DNA from: an uncultured virus (IMG/VR IMGVR_UViG_3300030098_006717)
Taxonomy: Duplodnaviria; Heunggongvirae; Uroviricota; Caudoviricetes
Strand: one strand, 5' to 3'
IMG/VR virus record: IMGVR_UViG_3300030098_006717
DNA length: 64,000 nt
Below, one piece after another: positions 51,901 through 57,173 of this stretch. The notes below the pieces were generated by a model. It was not told the DNA's origin. It ran no database searches and worked only from the letters and a program-made list of their open reading frames with translations. Numbering within the stretch: the first letter of the stretch is position 1; each line of letters begins with the position of its first letter. A program made the translations under genes and the position numbers.

Positions 51901-54661
51901 ATTTGTTGATTGGGGTGATGGATCACCTATAGAATTTGATGAAAAACCTCATAGAATTGGTGATAATCATCAAGATACTGTTGTGAGTCACGTTTATGAG
52001 AAGTCTGGATTATTTAATATTACTGGATATATGTTTGTTGCTTCTATGGAATTTGATTCGGAGGATCAAGATTGGAAAGAAATAGGAGTAGCTACTACAT
52101 CAACTTTCCCTGGATATAAAAAGTTTAGTGTTTTTGTATATTTAAATAGAGATCCAAAAGATTCAAGTGAATTTGAGGCTATGGGTGGTACTGGATATAA
52201 TTATATTCCTTATGAAACAAGTGGAAGTTATAAAAAATCATCACCTGTTATTGGTGGTACTACAAAAGAAAGTGTTTATGTTAAAAGTATTAAAAGAGAA
52301 TTAGGATATATTAATGAAACTCCTATTAATATTAAATTTCCTTATTATCAAGATAGATTAGATGCTGAATATGCATTGGCTCAGGCCGATGAGAAATATC
52401 TAAATAGTGAGATTAGTAGATATACTGGATCATTAGTACCTGAAGGTATTACTACTATATTAGATTCTGAAGGTTTAACTGATATTACACAAGAAGTAGA
52501 AAAAGAATCTAATTTTAGTGGATTTTATAGTGGTAGTGTAGATGCTGATGGAGAATTTAATACAAATACTATTAGTTTAATTCATAAAGGAAATTATAAA
52601 AATCATGGAGAATTAGGACAAAGTCTTGGTAATGTTGATATATCTGAACCGAGAGTATTTGGTGAAGGTTCGACTGATATGTGGCAACATCTTGGATTCC
52701 AAGATTATGAGGCCGGTATACCTGATAATCCTAGATATTGGAAAAATATAGCACCGAAGAATTATACTATGAAAGATAGAGGTGGAATTGGTGTTGAAAA
52801 TTACATTAAAACTAAATCTAACAAAGTATCAGATTGGAGTAAATGGCCATTTTATACAGATGCATCTTCTTGGAATCAATTACAAAATCCACCTATACAA
52901 TCTTCTAAAAAAATGTCAGGTGAAAGAGTAAATGTATTTGAAGGAGTTACTGCCAATGCTCAAAGTTCAAGAATTTGGGATTTTTATTATCCTTATAGTT
53001 GGGAAGAAGGTGATAATTTAACATTTTCTATTTTACTTAAATCAGATACACCTTTATCTGTTGCAACTAAATTTTCAATTAGATCTAATGTTGTAGATGA
53101 AGATACTCATCAAAATCCAGATGGAAGTAATATTATTGTAGATGATGTTCCTTTATCTCCATTAGGAGGTATATCTTGGGATGAAGATTCTGCAAATCAA
53201 TATTGTATTGATGCTGGATATGCTTATATAGTTAGTTATGAGGGATATCATACTGGATGTGAAACTATTAGTATATATGCTTGTACTGATAACAATGAAG
53301 AACAGATACCTTGTAGTGTGTATGGGGATGTTGTACCTGGTGAATATTGTGGTGATGAAACTTTAATATGTGGGGATGATGGATTGTGTCATCATTATTA
53401 TCCTGAAGATTGTAATGAAGATATAAATATAGATTCTACTACTGGTGAATATTGTGAATCATTTGATAATGAAAACGATTGTGATATAACCTATTGTACA
53501 TGGATAACTTATGAACCAGTGTGTTCTGGAGGGGAAAATTCAGATACTGATGGGTATGGTATAGATTGTAGTTTACTTGATGTAGATGAGTGTGGAGAAA
53601 CAAATGAAGATATAGGTTATGGTGAAGGTGATTGTCATTGGGTAGACAATTCAGAATATAATAGTTGTGAAGTATCTATTGATGCTCCTTCTTGGATAGG
53701 TAATTGTTCTGAACTTCAAGGTGAAAATTATACTTGTAACTCGGTTGTAGATAGTACTCCTAATTGTGTACATAATTATTATAAATATAATATTGAAAAT
53801 GGTGAGTGGGATATACTACAAAATGTTAATCAAGAAGCTATGTTAATATCAACTATCACTTGTACTCATGATGATATTTTAGATGATGATTATGGTTCAC
53901 AAAGTAAAACAATTGGATTGGATAACCAATGGAATAATTTTACTTGGAATGTAACGGCTCATGAGGGAACTGAAAATGGTGGATTTGATTTGGAATTGAT
54001 TGGTATACCAAATAAAAAAATATATGCTGTTTATCCTTCTTTTGTTCACGGACAAAGTGTAGATCAAGATAATATTGATGAACAAAGTGACCAATCTTGG
54101 TTTGGAACACATCCAGATACGCCTGGTGAAAACCCGTATTATTATCCTGTTTTACCTAAAATTAATCAATATGGGCAATTTGATGAAAATTTAGGTATGA
54201 TGGGTGGTAAAAATTCTCAACAATTTTTAGGTTATATATGTGAATTAGGAATGCCGGATGAAAGTGAATATTATAATGAAAATGGATATTTTGATAATCA
54301 AGAAACTTGTTTAACTGCAACTAGTTGTACTGTTAATTCTGTTCTTTGTATTGAATATTATCAAACTGATGTTTCATTAAATAATGTTCCATTTGGAAGT
54401 CATAATAGAAAATGGAATGAAAAAGATGAACAAGCTTTAGTGAATAAAAAACAAATTGATAATAGTTATAATATAGAGATGAGTCTAAAAGTATCAGAAG
54501 TTAATAATGAGGCTATAGAAGATAAAAGTGGAGCTGGACGTTTAGGTTTGACTACCGGTGATTATAGAGTTGGGTATGATAAAGATACAAAAGAACCAGC
54601 AAAAAATCCAGAAAGAATAGATGTAACAGTTTCAAATAATAGAAAAAGAGGACCTGTATAA
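33917..54661 (+). CDS. 6914-aa giant Cys/Asp-rich modular protein (LTD, EGF-like, 31-aa repeats, LamG, PKD, CBM-like)
   Basis: 20.7-kb stop-free frame; GTG start with GAGGAG SD. LTD motif IIINE...IELYNTTENDIDL (~34300-34420), LamG GLVAHYPLD...WHHYV...FYIDG...DDIKLYNRDLS (~44510-45262), PKD VDWGDGS...SHVY (~51900-52030). Confidence 0.9.
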   Translation: MANQVSLNFDYNLEGYDVNNSDVLNIYLDGIALTLSNGLASAPQINNGTIFLSLVGTAGSEVQELLSNGGILTLTLESYDEGTSQEFQASLPPMEIASGNQTIPLNDVYGTWPGLTVSFFLPQSLETSIIINETLTRHAIDQYSYIPPLIELYNTTENDIDLCGYYLLVCPGEILSDYATETGTCSAINPLTQTPYVPIELSCGGDSDDEESIYNQCKSTCNSGFMTPSLTSKFLGKNTKISPDSYFTLIADESSYLISSYASVAHNNILNYSWLYAYYGYADYTVMRDFTALFIESGDYMMNYPKYVDTCWYCGSTQPFTPQAAVIPFTTNLSKNTYVLYDGNPSNGGNIVTRLKVDGTDTFADLLGVGYEYSPDIGFNADCDDFNLDNQEYFVQGKSLEFTKHLDDDVVDLQSEAEYWKLTDVLTNPSKEFKLTFLPDATSDCTNLTCYDVDPSGSPCVSCPQEATEFLNIMMLNMGQVMWDKNPWLDVGGIIKPSEMEIRFKNSAPMASDCIANYGTFGNQNHYSCNGDGYQPGSGFCPDEWILNCDGELGDWDVNTFPVDCNGNLCPEWDVGSFGPHPLNNPAEVYSLDECGECRQIYPDVDTDTNTSCQGCIGGGTDLGYGVFNQHQTVHSDDCGDDCPCIQYENTSSEIDNYDGKYFCRDPEDSTEYENYTACSVSCIDWDCYYEKEECHFFDIQPDGVNDYDTNICEYSTTFGLSVGDDIENNFWLTIGNNFPIDEVTNIQFTGVTITGAIDPPDGVSVELIDDQNIRIWTEDGQWLQTDCGDNWCHGLNPINKIKLGYTGTADDSSVTISSVTGVTFDIPGSPTAQSIELRNNTLTTDCNGTIGGSDENDECGVCGGDGYYTSCTCQPNTNICDASDCWGTDICGNCTNGSGTCDENPGSTTNHLNDNGCYNWNTYLDAYGTSVDGCVDCSGTIDGTSEFDTCYDCAGDNTDDCNSTGTCIDGGPNNGGSCNCDSNYYGEICDSLCACQNSSICNDGVSGDGSCICLHSDDSAGYYGRNYGSSLCNLEYDNCGVLDGQNLGLDCNGNCNDIPTFDGTVNHISDGNPNYLQILLNHDDWDIETVYDDEYGEISYPTIMQRLCDSALGNCGWQTSSNKRYIMINNSPNQNDISYDILINNGNCSELEENSQALCEEINNLTDGFTPYAYIVSNTTPSGTLHLHYNRNEDPRPWDNLNNISESINVKIIPRPSAILDDCNVCSGGNSGHVANSDKDCHGDCFGTAAIDDCGVCSGGNTGLTPNDDKDCNGDCFGSAVVDTCGVCSGGNTGHVANSDIDCNGDCFGTAELDDCDVCSGGNSGHVANSDKDCNGDCFGDAALDDCADCTGGNTGLVANYDKDCNGDCGGSAVIDTCGVCSGGNSGHVADSDIDCNGDCFGTAELDDCDVCSGGNSGHVANSDIDCTGTCFGDAVVDDCGVCSGGTSGHVSNSDKDCYGDCFGTAIIDDCDVCTEGNTGLVENYLQDCNGDCNGSAIVDDCGTCSGGNSGHVADSEKDCNGTCNGSAVIDDCGVCSGGDSGHVANSDQDCYGTCTSNLDISTTNCIDGNVGLGYNPSETACFALSTVDDCGVCSGGNGETPNGDKDCNGDCNGSAFLDDCGVCSGGNSGHVANSDKDCNGDCNGSAVIDDCEECTEGNTGLSENYLQDCNGDCNGTALLDDCNVCSGGNSGNVANSDKDCHGDCFGSAIIDDCGICTEGNTGLSENYLDLGCGCNENAPSGCNNECDSVLEDDECGICGGDGTDDTYGCCPANSPTYPNQNTSGQGPDCAGYCGGNNLTDNCGTCDSNSGNDCTQDCAGVWGGDAVVDDCGVCDGNNCSCVSCTCDDKCENGFQYTNGSSTCTNGICSECTYTETSCEGNPCVGNYCGDSGCTGDSFAGCPENQSCNDLGSNQYECICVSGTFDCNGICDGTGVEDCAGVCNGEAVIDECGVCGGNGISDVEDVFGGYNSCDCDGNINNGCGCSSETNNQFPTDGCDNTCGSTLEDDVCGVCGGDGYSDETNQCCGGEIGDCNGDCDGSAVLDDCGTCSGGNSGHVANSEKDCHGDCNGSAIVDDCGICTEGNTDLVENYLQDCNGDCNGTAVVDDCGTCSGGNSGHVANSEKDCNGDCNGSALVDDCGVCSGGNSGHVANSDKDCNGDCFGSAFLDDCNVCSGGNSDHVANSDKDCNGDCFGTAELDDCQVCSGGNTGHVANSDQDCDDTCFGNWNINLCGECTNGGSCLTPLCGCDQLCESHVIDDCGVCDGGNADKDCYGECNGTAAVDDCGVCAGGNTGNTPNIDKDCNGDCNGSAIVDDCGECTEGNTGQVENYLKDCNGDCSGTAVQDSLCPGNGCCGGNTGVICSFFMDNDADGYGGAYDCNQECGGTAIIDNCDVCSGGTTGHVADSDIDCTGLCFGTAVLDSCNVCSGGTSGHVADSDIDCNGDCFGSAFLDDCGTCSGGNSGHVANSEKDCHGDCNGLASIDDCGICTEGNTGLANNYLQDCNGDCNGTAVLDNCDVCSGGNTGHVADSDIDCNGDCFGTAYLDDCTSPICVGGNTGLEANDTCTDCNGDVNGTAEDDSCGVCSGGNSGHVADSDIDCNGDCFGSALEDTCGVCSGGNSGHVADSDKDCNGDCFGTAYVDNCSDCCGGNTGVDCQNWNGNGSPGYPNLLSNTLSCDCDSQLSYDCNNDCGGSAVEDDCGTCCGGNTGLDCVYENGEPYCGSEFEWNCPNGNQRWTCLSQGGFHSSQETCHNVCTNQYDGEECIHECEANNGTCSVNDADGPFECTYSNNNCCDCAGSANGGNSLDDCGTCRNPSCGTDGTWPECYVNNPCPNGEWPNNLDWNTSCLGCEGCPNTGTVIDPCDICDGNNTDCGEIYFDLSTYSYTIDDYGQYVSVDVYATSRNTVGKLDIPFEYQVPAYYLEYHEAVTGVAEIVDFTLSSTFIDAGFNAYYSGWFGDYPDNLLQIRDGELSAFSSTKVGTAKFKLAEDKVIHWIFFDVRADRKPTFYSMDDEAYGDILTNNADAIQLIFGCNDPHGGVASSFSDSYQSYQYWGVNYSDCTYDDNDGDAMNYQYQSNTGMCTMYACNEFSHKTYCTDGGTTGDNCCCSYPTLTLNNLTYEDVDYPIATHNADGIGIMSLTSGTTYKDTDDFRLDWTSSGWDDGYDITTYVDDKFRAFLVKQDGMEIIHSEIVDEDQPSETLFSTSLLGDKNTLSTGAYTWYLTWPAYDLSGNATTSPSSGDVKISDYIAFVVDRPGCTRQQDSYGNQSNNYNSVSSEDHGICSDDSSACIVGVDVCPNSGTCISRTCTFRDIYYNSWICDNGADPTPLYFGNEPDCVSWCTEHKGETNCVQLTNTQLCYEDELDNKCDNDSDGNYGVCNGVDRYIWYDDSNDHDGVGCINTLTYVCPDKNHYWHIGEPPGYGWLYGGTESSPSDSINNIDGISIWNIPNYNSHLYYYNNDGNNDVVYLDGLESGEACECTSKYHCTDTGGGYIEQSYISSDCDSECENECVKISYVQDSCDVCQPTWDELTDGLVAHYPLDLDYSELYGSDISISGNLVFSDGHVTMEDHQAAGGSAGQYFGSNTINNIRTWAFWAKASLYCGGDTSYSYQCSSNGDPCGDSGQHSCSWNTQTILSTKSRFTGDTPEDSSLGESNQVNISYGGFQFNSDNNGGWASTKSVKSTGAGAIYQDGGWHHYVAILKDNGAINFYIDGTNKTKCSDFEYGSTCGTGTYSPIEFKSQGWLGIGTGAGNGWGATYYGSVDDIKLYNRDLSPEEIVELYNAGRPNYSELVYDSRNGCGYCQSEYSGGFDTTLLNEEVLWINYDSPTDCNGTCFDLTDPTSGPFTNGYGAYLDDCDICSEGNSGHTANSQIDSCGKCMTSTGTNNIGEDLYICSNDCGGGVYVDPANGSDPCNNVCNGFCERISSTCNDLPTGPAGTTWTDLYTWYWNYSCMECDNQLNSGAYKDDCFYCCGTSDAITVGGFLDNCHVGENDGTMTGPSTGCLGYCQYQADWNYETISILDDTGTCCYESQMAHMFPDIDYQYGVMDYVGELGFCEDPTCGSQSACEDVNQCNSTWYWTNPIKFCDDGREYIVYSGGSSLKCDTIQENPAVYPNVNADSCDAWTTQPGRLASESGFTYYKVTDLCDGWIDDCGSCWSNDQYINNYNEVWNSAMDCRGTVSSCSDGNSWAIDDCGFCIYPNCIEGLIPSYWDGLVNTLNACDNGYYPSEQKWNSLCTGCTDINADDNDTCYDSSGQLIECTISCNNDTHQITLDSFVDDNDDDTYNNWGISFHSNTGYCTTETNFSNCCCHYILSEPSPQKIDWDGDGNIDEDDKVNDRYIHGYIQVGEPSSVIEPIILDWVYLGPIENTTFNIYRNDSVTPEDPSSVSWVSVTGTPINPADVLHPNETFGHYRFADNLMYPIYGDGSEPFVEEQRFFTYYIEVLNVNPDLKSTIVGYVDGGNSSPLPSELEASPNNYTLQTDVDTHLAVNVETSSPSIWITSPTYTDVVNITYTPFDNITLSIEYDDLVYIPGADSDFNQFKGIISDTFGNEIFSSVFDIDNTFGTLDWNITSNIWQNVIETGYYKISFEYPDASGNYLTYDYDEDGVDDNYQLYIQVVLGCLGNYSEILNSTCNCYNCYDLCGECITEEPDGGWEEDSPVPSACYDDGFYNVNASVDYCTDEYGVITDIKCNYPSDPVCGAFGFCNGSCTYPLGGCMDSGSERGGACITPTATECVDDTQCESNQVCGYDNFCHTECRVPGMHADCAFDGSECIKAPTTYENNQGYYGSVTPGTAGDYYYICSHDMHDGSPTICNNSEDNQTCIDACTSSGGENCESSICGNFATIEDNSCQYYGCLDVDANNYVCNISPYPVGCYIDAWNSNVPDSCTFNFQVNLEYGLEVDGTNWILPNGEFTDKLSLGVENNEDNPWIVVLPYPSVQPDGATEQGGETQYLELRVIGEDSNQYQVWYPTESSAGFSIVESLGVEGSGWEVPVGFDIVEDDLEVQNLQYCSDNTSQDCVTDDDCTGTCIRLMQKIVIPDYNHLNPISTDPYKFSLTLVNPEQTSNSVTKDLWIKFINNDYTPVLDVSVGYNQLNIDIATGDGENVQGTMPLKAYDLDNEEFTLSFETISSTHEDQSINLLTYVPEVTTITNNDPNNLFNLVVQSPEVIGFYTARGTLKQDVSNTMVNSWGCELDSIGNDHGDGEYLFDMPCPGDCIYYSEGWEIGNSGNGYPTCAGHDQCTEAGKGQCVPIVRPLHGEIETYLDFAVNVYDTSGPSGFLLMTPVPSFGISRDTWQFQFVGEDGRTHIGGDESSYSYGSGVGLGTITYEYGVIEESVTHPYVCEAVEGEYSSVQCDVVENDNAICIAAGNNFGNWDSTACINNPIYDPSNACVGVDQQKQLKFGSSISEYAYNQIVAEYGLAGDLTENEFLDFYNDESGLQFELTNMDGSDPPEDPEGTRSVNGVIYQCYKYISTEFSENWETDVEQYTDVISNPNYGGWLPKNAYNPIKNPSGDPNDTIWKYQLEIQDEYGNELYKKTWQDWINEDTLLPSYWDCSDSDNDGNNDYCWYSGPGGTPTTYYPPPNSNMAVSNVESIVKNVVRFKFSEEGVYKVIGRAWDLHYNEDPYQGTNSGSLEYELNVEPVIPIKQSVPQKYLPWQGINYPENIWVDNYRGNDYLDFINKSTRRKLGCFWEKDNEFLTWTEIAENQYDDNINKSVIVSTQTYDDACSSQVEKEAMNNTTLEIKNAVISRNYGNDNYSNLILNYHSNTYYDNEYKQGALINPIDIIDQSVFMEDIGGGWRFKEFTYLDMDIYIENLDFVPHQIEWTNGCNLGTSGCGGITVSLMPEVGFWEIGWNHIKADLHYGVGHQSQDINPNNMGRWEIYRTGCDGGYDITFVPDVDVRTPLSLLGNRSTPFNYWDEDLNKDEFDENKAPVELQFYFYKRELKKVCQDTNNSCYTDSECSDDLKCVDVMFEDLPIIPFSNPSDTFIGFVDWGDGSPIEFDEKPHRIGDNHQDTVVSHVYEKSGLFNITGYMFVASMEFDSEDQDWKEIGVATTSTFPGYKKFSVFVYLNRDPKDSSEFEAMGGTGYNYIPYETSGSYKKSSPVIGGTTKESVYVKSIKRELGYINETPINIKFPYYQDRLDAEYALAQADEKYLNSEISRYTGSLVPEGITTILDSEGLTDITQEVEKESNFSGFYSGSVDADGEFNTNTISLIHKGNYKNHGELGQSLGNVDISEPRVFGEGSTDMWQHLGFQDYEAGIPDNPRYWKNIAPKNYTMKDRGGIGVENYIKTKSNKVSDWSKWPFYTDASSWNQLQNPPIQSSKKMSGERVNVFEGVTANAQSSRIWDFYYPYSWEEGDNLTFSILLKSDTPLSVATKFSIRSNVVDEDTHQNPDGSNIIVDDVPLSPLGGISWDEDSANQYCIDAGYAYIVSYEGYHTGCETISIYACTDNNEEQIPCSVYGDVVPGEYCGDETLICGDDGLCHHYYPEDCNEDINIDSTTGEYCESFDNENDCDITYCTWITYEPVCSGGENSDTDGYGIDCSLLDVDECGETNEDIGYGEGDCHWVDNSEYNSCEVSIDAPSWIGNCSELQGENYTCNSVVDSTPNCVHNYYKYNIENGEWDILQNVNQEAMLISTITCTHDDILDDDYGSQSKTIGLDNQWNNFTWNVTAHEGTENGGFDLELIGIPNKKIYAVYPSFVHGQSVDQDNIDEQSDQSWFGTHPDTPGENPYYYPVLPKINQYGQFDENLGMMGGKNSQQFLGYICELGMPDESEYYNENGYFDNQETCLTATSCTVNSVLCIEYYQTDVSLNNVPFGSHNRKWNEKDEQALVNKKQIDNSYNIEMSLKVSEVNNEAIEDKSGAGRLGLTTGDYRVGYDKDTKEPAKNPERIDVTVSNNRKRGPV
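37580..41839 (+). repeat. about 33 copies of a 93-bp / 31-aa Cys-rich repeat in five blocks
   Basis: Consensus DDCGVCSGGNSGHVANSDKDCNGDCFGSAVV; copies counted by eye from the translation. Confidence 0.92.
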
Positions 54662-54664
54662 TAT

Positions 54665-57160
54665 ATGGCTACTAAAAAAATTATAAATAATTCTATTCCT
54701 GATGAGGGTGGACTTGGTCAAATGAATATTGATGATGAAACTCTTTTGCAATCTGGTATTGGTGATTTATTTCATTTATATACTACTAGACATGAATATG
54801 ATTATAATGAAGATAATATAGAAACTTACCCATCCAATACTAATAATTCTTGGAATGATGGACTTAATTGGATGAGTGATGGTAGTGAATTTAAAATTAT
54901 TAATGCTAAAATAGTAAATAGAGGTGTTAATATGGATGTTGTGGGTGGTGGATGGGCTGCTTATGTTGTAGATGATGCTATGAATCCTGATATAGCAAGT
55001 GCAGAATCAGGTAATGCAATTAGAGATGCAGTTGGTGGTACTAATGAGGCAAATCAAAATGATTGGGATGAAAGTTATGCATATCTTTATCACAAATCAA
55101 GAGGAACTATAAATTCAGGTGGATCTATTGGTGAGATTATAGAAGCTTCAAATTGTACTAATTGTCATGATGATTTAACAATTTCAGATTTTCCAAAAAA
55201 CTTTAATACAGTTTCTGATGAATATACTGCTATTAATGGGGATATGGAAGAATTTTCAAAAGATATGGGTTCTGGTAATAGTGCTTATCATGTAGTTATA
55301 AGAATGGCTGGAGATGCAGAAGATTATGGTCCTAATGATTCTAGAAATAGAAGTTATAACAAATATACTTTAAGAAAAACTTTATTAAAAGATATGTGGA
55401 TGCAAGGTGAAAATTTTGAAAATAGTCATGATGGTGGAAATTATGAAGTTTTTTGTTGGGGTAAAGGTGTGGGTGATTCAGTTGGTCAAGGTTTAAATTG
55501 TACACATAAAGTTGGTCCTAATACATCTACTGTTGCTGATAATTATAATATAGATGACTCGGATGAATGGGAAGATGTGACAGCAGCTGCTTTTAAATGT
55601 CAATGGTTGGCTGTTAAAGTAACTCCACCGACTTGGAAATTATCTGAAGCTCCTAAAGATATATATTTTGGTGAAAATTGGTATAGGGGTATATATTGGA
55701 TTAATGAGTTAGATAATAATGATTATATAAAAATAAGACCTGATAATTGGGTAGATTATACATTTTTATATACGGATAGTACAGAAACTGAATTTTTAGA
55801 TCCAAATCATATATTTGATTTCAGACCAGTAAGTCATATTAGTGTAACTCATCCAGATGATGAAGATCCACAAGATGATCAACCAGGAGATGGTATAGAT
55901 ATTCAATCTTTCTATGAGCCAGAAACAACAGAATTTCAATATTCTGTCGCTCCAAATGTTGTTAGATTACAATTTAAAATGTCATATGATTATACAACTG
56001 CTGCAACTGAATTAAATTATTTTACTTATAATGCTGAATCTAATTTATGGGTAATAAATGATATAAATCCAGATTCTAATTCACAACTTGGATATCCAGG
56101 TGATATTGGTTTTAAAATGGTTGTAGTAGATTGGGAAGCTGAAGATTCTGATTTTGATTTTGATGATATTTTATTTGATTGGCCACAAGATTATACTGAA
56201 ATGAATAATCTTAGACAATTAAAAAATACTTATCATTTTAAAGATGTATATGATAAAGAAACTGAAACTTATAATTCTTTGTATCATCAGTATAATACGG
56301 CGGGATATAAAATTATAAAAGCATTAGTATTTAGTTATATTAAACATTCTAATGACCAAGATCTAATTCAGGCTTTGAGATGGAAAGGTGTAGTTATAAC
56401 TCATCATTTAGCCTATAGTTCAATAGATATGGAAGACTTTGGTTTGATTGGTGGTCCTGGATACACATTTCTTCCATGGCCTTATACTACTCCTATTGTT
56501 GGTGGTATAAGTAATGATAGTCAATATATTAATAGTGTTGAAAATATTTTAGGTAAAAATTACTTTAAAGAAACTGAATATAATTCATATTTTCAGACAT
56601 TAAATAGTTGGAAAAATAAACCTGGAAGTGAGATAGATGAGTTAGGTAAATATCCAGGTAAAATAGATTTTGGTCAATTAAGATATTTTAATAATGGTAA
56701 TTTTGATATGAATAATTTACTTGGAATATCTTCTAATATAACAGATTTAGAAGATGGATCTATATTCCATCCATATAATGATTTTAATCATTGGCAAGGT
56801 GATCCGTGTCAAACAGATGAGAATCAAGATTATTTAGATCAATATTTTGAAGATTTATATGAATGTACAAATTTACCAACATATCCTCAAGATTCTTGTG
56901 TTGGACTTATATTTATAGAAGACAGTATGCGTACTGATTTAAAAAATGCTTGTAAATTAGAATTAAGTGTTAGTGATATAGATAATGGTGCATTGATAGA
57001 TACATCTTTGGGGGATAAAAAAGGTATACTTATAGGTGATTATTCTTTAGAGAAACGTGATTATTTAGATCCTGTGGCAAAGACATCAGAACCTATTGTA
57101 CCTGAAATAGATGATGTTGATTCACCACCATTAAAATTTGTGGAGGATATTACTACATAA
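54665..57160 (+). CDS. 831-aa structural protein, paralog of the C-terminus of the 6914-aa protein
   Basis: Ordered shared motifs (see findings); GAGG SD. Confidence 0.85.
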   Translation: MATKKIINNSIPDEGGLGQMNIDDETLLQSGIGDLFHLYTTRHEYDYNEDNIETYPSNTNNSWNDGLNWMSDGSEFKIINAKIVNRGVNMDVVGGGWAAYVVDDAMNPDIASAESGNAIRDAVGGTNEANQNDWDESYAYLYHKSRGTINSGGSIGEIIEASNCTNCHDDLTISDFPKNFNTVSDEYTAINGDMEEFSKDMGSGNSAYHVVIRMAGDAEDYGPNDSRNRSYNKYTLRKTLLKDMWMQGENFENSHDGGNYEVFCWGKGVGDSVGQGLNCTHKVGPNTSTVADNYNIDDSDEWEDVTAAAFKCQWLAVKVTPPTWKLSEAPKDIYFGENWYRGIYWINELDNNDYIKIRPDNWVDYTFLYTDSTETEFLDPNHIFDFRPVSHISVTHPDDEDPQDDQPGDGIDIQSFYEPETTEFQYSVAPNVVRLQFKMSYDYTTAATELNYFTYNAESNLWVINDINPDSNSQLGYPGDIGFKMVVVDWEAEDSDFDFDDILFDWPQDYTEMNNLRQLKNTYHFKDVYDKETETYNSLYHQYNTAGYKIIKALVFSYIKHSNDQDLIQALRWKGVVITHHLAYSSIDMEDFGLIGGPGYTFLPWPYTTPIVGGISNDSQYINSVENILGKNYFKETEYNSYFQTLNSWKNKPGSEIDELGKYPGKIDFGQLRYFNNGNFDMNNLLGISSNITDLEDGSIFHPYNDFNHWQGDPCQTDENQDYLDQYFEDLYECTNLPTYPQDSCVGLIFIEDSMRTDLKNACKLELSVSDIDNGALIDTSLGDKKGILIGDYSLEKRDYLDPVAKTSEPIVPEIDDVDSPPLKFVEDITT

Positions 57161-57173
57161 TGGAGACTTATAA

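Noticed and set aside
31697..57160. The 739-, 6914- and 831-aa ORFs are in the same frame separated by single TAA codons, suggesting read-through or stop recoding into one mega-protein
   Set aside because: Each downstream ORF has its own SD-like sequence (GAGGAG, GAGG). TAA is the dominant stop here, the same stop-start abutment occurs at 8574/8575 and 20048/20049, and the paralogous C-termini argue for separate proteins.
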